From contig CAZMID010000003.1 of assembly GCA_964566255.1 (NCBI GenBank), forward strand, positions 5,145 to 69,144: a stretch of 64,000 bases of DNA, in the 5' to 3' direction. Below, piece after piece: positions 63,601 through 64,000 of the stretch; positions within the stretch are counted from its first letter, which is position 1, and each line of letters begins with the position of its first letter. Made by a program: the position numbers and the translations under genes. The notes beneath the pieces are model-generated. The model had not been told where the DNA came from. It did no database searches and was given only the letters and a program-made list of their open reading frames with translations. This DNA is from an uncultured Planctomycetia bacterium (lineage in GTDB: Bacteria; Omnitrophota; Gorgyraeia; Gorgyraeales; Gorgyraeaceae).

Positions 63601-64000
63601 ATCAATCCTCCTATCCTATACTTTACAAAGAAAGCAACTATTGGAGCTGTCTGGACTAGTTGCCACCCGAATAACAACGCGAATGGTGCGCTCCATATTA
63701 AGCTTATTAGGCCTCCTGGAGTCATAGCAAGTAATACATTTAATGCAATAACAAAGGCTGCTGTGCCTATTTTCAGTAACTTGCGGCTTTGGGTGCCTTG
63801 TGCAAATACATGAGGAAATGTATATTGTCTATAACCATCAGCTTTGTATTTAGCTTTCAAATATTTACGTATAGGATCAAGAATGATGTTGTCTCTATTG
63901 TCTTCCTTTGTTTTCTTAATATCTTTGGAGTCCTCTTTCCTGTTTACTATATCTTTCCTTACATCAACAAGTAATCCTCTAAGATCTAATTCAGGTCTTT
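45678..64000 (-). CDS. Giant multidomain membrane protein, 5'-partial. The ORF tracker starts it at a TTG at 63860, but the frame stays open with no stop through to 64000, so the gene probably begins beyond the window. The C-terminus and stop are at 45678.
   Basis: It is 6,060 codons from the TTG, plus about 47 further open codons to the window edge. I counted and checked several embedded modules at the nucleotide level: transmembrane clusters, two HExxH motifs, a 2H phosphoesterase, an SLT domain, four ~80-aa repeats, sigma-70 regions 2-4 and TPRs. Confidence 0.8.
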   Translation of the reverse strand, partial: RPELDLRGLLVDVRKDIVNRKEDSKDIKKTKEDNRDNIILDPIRKYLKAKYKADGYRQYTFPHVFAQGTQSRKLLKIGTAAFVIALNVLLAMTPGGLISLIWSAPFALLFGWQLVQTAPIVAFFVKYRIGGLIDIYEASKEYIGRTDPQAQERISEKVRFFKILATLWVGTFAVLTVLCVLYSWGVLPLIGLGIGSIILFLNAMVSLRSWWHLLSEAVIHALEKQGHWKDINSYNQIKQSDIEKIKNDPYLTDVYHEILINETLLKYRMITEEEAQGLREALGKGKALSDAADIQNPRAKKKIVEFFNKVNLYSKEEFQDIKEFIRTNPGQLLRVITKVTSWKQFAVVTRISLDDDTPHPEGKGGGDIKTPFRIIKEAYRGDWLSYLDYLAGLGNLTGDAKKAFIKKFSDPYMSFEDTLEGMLEYGILPLGHDGDNPMSARYDFNAMSRDTILQNLEIELKHITNPDRAMLSEKYNTDFGAGDFSSIQDDEVLRKLLIEIMLSRQIIHQWVLFRVDNVEKTVRTAHESSLVAYRIFLKHVMELDRNPTDEEILEYYQGMFSYQVELAGKVNGPVMMEDLKELGWQEGSWVKEGEGAGEGCPERHLATIAGFGVPPDSEFHSGWGYKVDNWTHALRHLAGEKDAVIFNTDWEHTIFPVDVFMLPFVAWDFTQRPDLGIVGTDLRDADQGMTPTAKDQEIAEDVFNTRLIPSETRTGTPAMYGPGIVRLSAMRDFGVPASKIEDSMTAQEILKAGYKADYAPGITMGRGREKTQGGMPSFVNRFGGLIIDNNISIHFQQLLKSKIMHWAEKFTLLANDDHYINQVIIPRYNLMIYSFAFFVSFTPFAYLSIPLLFISMQYVFAQAIAAGGVRKLVKEYGFLKGYGLYLMRFWSLVLTFLSLVPNDAQKTIDALGGNSGVFIGGAKDVKYSTESFASLYGKFRESIKWGVLLLNIFLVAPMHPWGVIAQFFFYVFPFALILGPFMHNGFSVKDSFRYGLKPFKARLKILEGKKKAFVDYVDLVTSLPILNISIIKALIHFLVAIPYFIIADLFWENLIKGFIWNNLKTILLRESTVKTFAPTDHTVKYSDLEGNFVDSLEARLDLSQAKGQRFTPTGSEAGDLAAFLNDSLDLIENLVKNDTKLSIYLQDLLNSQDNRAPPIVIRVNSKLPINTVRYYNSKTEQVEIILGEEFIRALLASNNIYPEATRIILAERLFHELGHNNTVGTEQEERQEEHDLILQDLKLHQLLINLNKQRQVAGYLKEVNPAFKSGYYFRDFIEGQLIPVINNPNELNRRIENYLSKVSHCIAGIAETQIRPTASEIEFLHSKAKEIGVEDMLEDVVFSDEPGDPIMAIRFILNRKNGKIKRRILQIHPVFLRGVFNNQDNESYITILKALLLKEYGHFTEREYEDLLQLAYLKDEYMANPDDMEAAKRLAAMQLYYEGDKYKLFYEYLISNGIDIDAIDNLIGKEKSEFLRSMLIGLKAIVEDFKKSGYLTIAIDLSKGFGHYIGDSLNKAMSDIEFRVMLKVKIDEKNKEMLRNLFKTLKVKDRSVKEVALELGRVERGINKFETYNSRLKGRTITKYKGKPFDSVAHFGRGEKIDKHGNLLAFSGFTCVAPVGQENKLSRLLIDLQDELKRKGLGDSVKFLRPETFHMTICDVDPSEKYDCAKTGVTREQYEERLEQLRNSFEDIGTPGKIKVLIGEIGLKRTISVLVRFSEPEELNRVLDLNQAINKHTSTSRRNFLGHISIGYIHKEPEDYERFLEILEECQDIAKGEFELDELNFVYFSNADDYSPLLIKDLNTGEIKETINQNVVGKLGKEKSSVSLIGSLTSFFAGLITFFAPSFIAYGASSDIPIVATIGIALLSLPGLIAVTFYLLQTSLIAFVNIIHYFVKRGVIRGPDFGLIEEFASSKDDSTSKDPSYVSPDGTLYVNKDLMKLIPKWFQKKLLTHEQAHLEDIAHDKKPSEIKAYISPIKSILNRVIRNRSTFNSVKLEREDLNSTEVLFVSPKKKTFSGNEQAGRKNGLTLSSPTFGEVASLTASVVIVFLMGVSTSIASEKTIKGIGNWLENNVADNTKVILSFQVPGDRLESIWEESENVHERTVLKEGLVIYDGGVAQIFQALTGDLRPAKLLVDVMWRGTLGDLRELHASKSPFVYSDKGRSKISYWKGERGFRFKIINAFGHWKLKDPLAGNTVEWSQWQPVAGENAWAGVLGPLQIYFKENGKEYLPDAIEMQLAEETARAAIFLQAENGGIRMAPKGTWSPQEPGKNPFRYKWMYDEISTENNLSWYAAFRMLYEITGKTTYKKAMDNVAGYLKLSFDSERGVFNQGMHYDEDKGEWIVNPIFATDCQTWAIDVLGADIIDKWFGDGTSYRLWKESKELAGIFDDNGNIIAVDFTDRGDNGIKSVEWTAGAIEACAILADYYSKSHPDWAEECEKDAVTMYAHMKTMAVQIGEEIAYPYANRRAPTGHGWFAAGGVLSTASTAWMGLVELGFNPFSLGAREIPGLIRVTEKAAENIVKPKTRKVIKFPIQEEKTAPKPKKEIKLKIDVEAIAWGISGSWPGGDAYSCWVDGLFDLSDAKSLRITFPRNQSGTNIFVRLLKDKAMGAADIGRSPKKYTIPENGMVEIPISDFPVSKATLKNIEQISVHSGSKAWYSPLDQGENKRAQFNKIEKVKEVELHGSLTPQELEEKTLSRNTPIEEIMARYHVPLVDKISSAIKSEKTEKVAVSGILSIGILTIIFTHFGLPGLIALGLLAIGSIFIRNSFKQGNSSLFSISIRPENRRRIGSRISLKKLMSVLFVGFLVFVPLSPHFTNEGFVASNVAYGANSGTRLEDYSFENEIRRGVEDTWDDERTYSTLKRHFGSLEKFTAFTWFMILQESYIKGSVRVMATSHKDAKGAMQIRSTPDNPSTDTWKDIREDLGVNWTDGDVYVPYKNTRGGTHYFAMLLERFESIRLAVGGYNAGPHRIEEYGNNIPPFRETQRYVKIIMSNYEDYIDRVVVKHSTELDKASFLEKVPLRKYFEEIVKETYKLCKFDNINDGQLDAVRRGLDLSWYIARARSEQDSIYVHDRIAELDQIVFRATYINKAKKAIEKASIALKDIKNLDVKILREAHRLAMAVEENVIGGLLEYDDRVVGFRKSYESLRAAANGYTNGQIGILEKALQYIEKTEDLDLNKAEEALKRAEKAVDNIVFEEGKRFYYTVRLGKAKEKLEAVRSGTENVKGSQDIKRDSEFHGQRIDKDQDRPNQQQKEKLSLVTTGSFRKLSIAASILAAIFLPGTLFAAVGKAGVLIASPLLGPLGITIALILTTLLIVKWVGRERDETLSSSEPVGGAVPLILPNKQTFQSVKLKKRRHLSNVPARDFLSQKGEMFSKVIEPIYNSATVLPLFQRPIIKIKKERVIRMQLGKTGGLWIDGTKRARFSKRANALVEVTMMGDFVDKVKFLEDDLVVEFSQIWNNKTGQLIETFYDSYGRSKFSKLEDVTIKRFYLRDGGELHIGGKRWARFSLYQNEEVEFIVRKGLPREVKFIKDGIIRKFSILVDLNKRKEVDSFIGMKKERLAGLRKAVIKHHHLDGDGNLHLGGRNWANFSKFPKHDDVKAYVINGIVVKARLIKEGKIFLAKDLSLILDTKRNIIDSFEKFPQKRLLELKDNIILHQLGGAGELEIGIYWTKFSNYANEWVEVEFKNGLPKTIKFLKDAKIISLEVSTKDTGKIKVKRQIEAEDSRISKPRLIKEKKKQLIKPLIEMPPIPNAVLKEELRELLLENSFSMDFSKKITNSIFNFYQSSELHLESLKNFTRNRFLTRSDVKKIVSGHWREEGMTRFVSRLKEERKIFKDNAFTELYYSWMLYRGLTYESYLGLKEKYNATKSLIFKACKTDHMERYLAKHALSKKRRLENSQFLVDSLINIGIEKKVAKDLIGKLTNKKITREREEFLKKNFMENYLLSANSWKILRNPGNYTLYKVEKFFDIEGFGAGVKKAIEEFKQGDETVKPFIENHVHMLLLKGFTFTAFKELMEKYGVSRSTLIHVIKKYADFERVLKKISYNSKRISATYKLPISLITVLIKDGFEIGDFEALSDNISDLATKYNLPKYIICDLIRYNGNSIEKKIQDLLKLARIKGLPPVITFHLFIESNLDEVEINKKIKEIAEAYQGLLMRKEIEVSEFREQIDSFRDSIDSAMTLEEIKALLEELEELKSFRFSMKLDQFAKNTKYWIQKAVLCTLDSESQFGYRPIYHDLKVQEASGIILDSRKSLQALKDDFTNIWNKNVTYRYETMLLAKLAKRKKVLTKGIKQSLKACLNERLKKTLYNLDGFTSERFIDDFVNLLFTWKEKERNPKIKRMARNNILTETQSRLLLDDDYEDFEDSFDFDSLATSLEEEINKLYNLLGFRSQLVRKGLLRGFSYEAIQALLKEYPDVNRRGFKGIFEARDPERYILVHYGPTRQQVDKAEVIFEDYKKKGIGEIWHYEDNHKLSIEEEEALIILILNANLKSDDERAENLGKEANRILIESHLYIANIIAKQYIKWYGSPYLNYKHDFKDMVNAGVVALYDAAQKTRLRYSQYGRFSSYTPHFIRTACLEYIRLKKPMPLPPHMQGKIKKLKRAMNSLKIYSVAEIFEKDIERLAEYMGVRPQTVREYVIGLLSQEHPVYLSNFKYRESDSDSESLENFITDPDSLELEDQLLDKIDREEKLESALLQLSPLEREILIYSIIQERPLEDIALDLELEVDKIGQIKEKALLKLRKLMGAPERPYKADTSRSKSLKQSTISNSVILRSSIIPLIIVGLIIGFKSPEAIQFILQWFQAASPINNLPDVIYAGIGGLNPIFSMMISFLLLLSISCSSIIYKINPFSHQSVVYKSEDQQKEYMKDFFRKYLGCSEGKAELIVEELFKDKDIDFYSLVKSSGASDYDLLRKFPNDLWLSIQENDYLSNGQPKPVIRHLVNALIDKDEDIFELLQSVGLSDETKKQKVEKDLLLAANAQLFYMLLNLAGIDKEKVFEITQERVAGYYYESSKNGYMPMLLNNIGRVYLEKCRFEEAARILERVTNLNKKYGEAWYNLGCAYYAIDCKELKSFSKAIGALEEAIKSKSNAVDAYYKLGSIYYTKSGIDEKNLNKAIVHWAIALNKARKEKREKEILDSIPKHIRNEVESRSYFIFGASNISEEFNSSALPQTAFVGKTVIRKPDVSGTDEIEKYIARINEFKFLINSLNPLITKAMEKLIQKVTELKDRRFIPHLKKLMEGVNLEVAEEARQALLTLSSELDIEISDIPQGSFLDEPDQKDIEKRKKIVEEDNIAFVDYRTGKFLDKWEGSINNNDFYEFLDSLLEEHGLVLVEGRKIPGGRKMKFSLNGDTSWIVRTPGEKTRILIQRIKIGEGKTKNVRDVIRFVSDIDGRGKKVYEEIFNEAGDLHETFPHKNRKIELTDTYIVIGGTTDEGGNFFYIKAYVSSFKKDNLILWRKGKDNYVTGAFGISSILNPEAKKDEFVTVDVELEDKDEFIGSFSTQARGKISSKFKKLTNRSIIRVRGLKVGDNRRAIFFFNDDYIVDEDFSPGTETVAWFVKVNEEKDGNIEEKFYLLKYAKLDDYIKRRGYCKMYEYNRIYNDEGKIVFTYNEVMPEFSEIKKITKGNIRIEYSEPLKKSGYIRYVKSFKKKHYYVKIFKRERVVLWTKNGIPWVVMRLKDWQDGNPNAKIVLLTEDNSKFRPHKIVGLRKLLNSNDELHKKIARLIQERCLESGNVSLTFLAVSRDYKTVIEKLIEKYKYHIPSNKRKRLSNSLGLRLSKYTESHIQGTPAQILFEAERLVVTSIINAGGFKLDLLLTIGLKDIEYGNDSFLFDRMVDDSLYKIEDSNNGQDDYVDNDGFEDDLRDQMLAEAFSEVLDDTDPSFNNGNSFAAHIQGVLERLYGPSKTIRPMAKGLDIGELMKKESGINRDLLLELQGLKSLYPQLTVKTTLDEKVGLIDVDNIDISEDICMFLKGIANIVNEKGILSISTERKEDIITITTSIIGLNRPNNAISSFISILSSRATALKKDFIGKPNFNSSDSDVKITIKLPIDLLTETEYDAEDLHEERMNVPIYSDTGNMTFKRQPRTIGASL
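48576..48893 (-). other. TPR-like repeat block inside the giant protein at about aa 4990-5095
   Basis: …RFEEAARILERVTNLNKKYGEAWYNLGCAYYAIDCKELKSFSKAIGALEEAIKSKSNAVDAYYKLGSIYY…. Confidence 0.5.
49725..50468 (-). other. sigma-70-family module (regions 2.1-2.4, 3 and 4) embedded in the giant protein at about aa 4465-4712
   Basis: …ANRILIESHLYIANIIAKQY… matches region 2.1. …DMVNAGVVALYDAAQKTRLRYSQYGRFSSYTPHFIRTACLEYIRLKKPMPLPPHM… matches regions 2.2-2.4/3.0 (compare RpoD GYKFSTYATWWIRQAI…IRIPVHM). …LSPLEREILIYSIIQERPLEDIALDLELEVDKIGQIKEKALLKLRKL matches region 4.2. Confidence 0.75.
52791..53753 (-). repeat. four tandem ~80-aa protein repeats of unknown fold inside the giant protein at about aa 3370-3690
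   Basis: The recurrent pattern is G.LHIGG..WA.FS……V.V.F..G.P…KFIKDG…. The four copies start GGLWIDGTKRARFS, GELHIGGKRWARFS, GNLHLGGRNWANFS and GELEIGIYWTKFS. Confidence 0.6.
55011..55418 (-). other. SLT-family lytic transglycosylase domain inside the giant protein at about aa 2815-2950
   Basis: …FMILQESYIKGSVRVMATSHKDAKGAMQIRSTP… carries the catalytic ES and the GxMQI motif. …AVGGYNAGPHRI… carries the AYNAGP motif. E2839 is encoded at 55344-55346. Confidence 0.75.
58701..59228 (-). other. 2H phosphoesterase (LigT/CPDase-like) module inside the giant protein at about aa 1545-1720
   Basis: Two H-x-T/S-x motifs lie about 93 aa apart: …ETFHMTICDV… and …NFLGHISIGYI…. Confidence 0.5.

Noticed and set aside
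1-64000. I searched for CRISPR arrays, rRNA genes, IS or transposase or integrase genes, and phage structural genes.
   Set aside because: I found no regularly spaced direct repeats, no rRNA-like conserved stretches, and no ORFs with transposase or integrase motifs. The window looks like core chromosome.
45678-64000. The giant ORF might be an assembly chimera of many normal genes.
   Set aside because: A single frame is stop-free for over 18 kb. Hydrophobic clusters and domains occur in a consistent N-to-C order. In AT-rich DNA, stop codons appear about every 20 codons by chance, so spurious read-through is unlikely. The alternative is kept in would_refute because it cannot be excluded without reads.

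Overview
This is an AT-rich (roughly one-third G+C by eye), gene-dense chromosomal segment. Apart from rpsT, every supported gene is on the minus strand.

The content is typical of a diderm, probably uncultivated-lineage, bacterium. Housekeeping genes include rpsT, holA, an LptE-like lipoprotein, a BamD-like protein, ComEC, leuS with adjacent tRNA-Leu(CAA) and tRNA-Ala(GGC), accA, an L,D-transpeptidase, folE-mnmE-folC-purH and a YchF-like ATPase.

There is a 4-gene RND efflux operon. It has two tandem RND permeases, and one of them carries a C-terminal proline-rich linker plus a winged-HTH. A carbohydrate-utilisation locus follows: a ROK regulator, a 900-aa outer-membrane protein, two clan GH-A glycosidases, a CBM-like lipoprotein, a sugar-binding protein, a GPH-type MFS and two ABC permeases.

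The outstanding feature is a single giant open reading frame on the minus strand (45678..>64000). It is at least 6,100 codons long and still open at the window edge. It has a mosaic architecture:
- several transmembrane clusters;
- two HExxH motifs;
- a 2H-phosphoesterase-like module;
- an SLT lytic-transglycosylase domain;
- four ~80-aa tandem repeats;
- a complete sigma-70 region 2-3-4 module;
- TPR repeats.

This resembles the giant multi-domain genes reported from Omnitrophota-like lineages. No CRISPR array, rRNA, transposase or integrase was seen.
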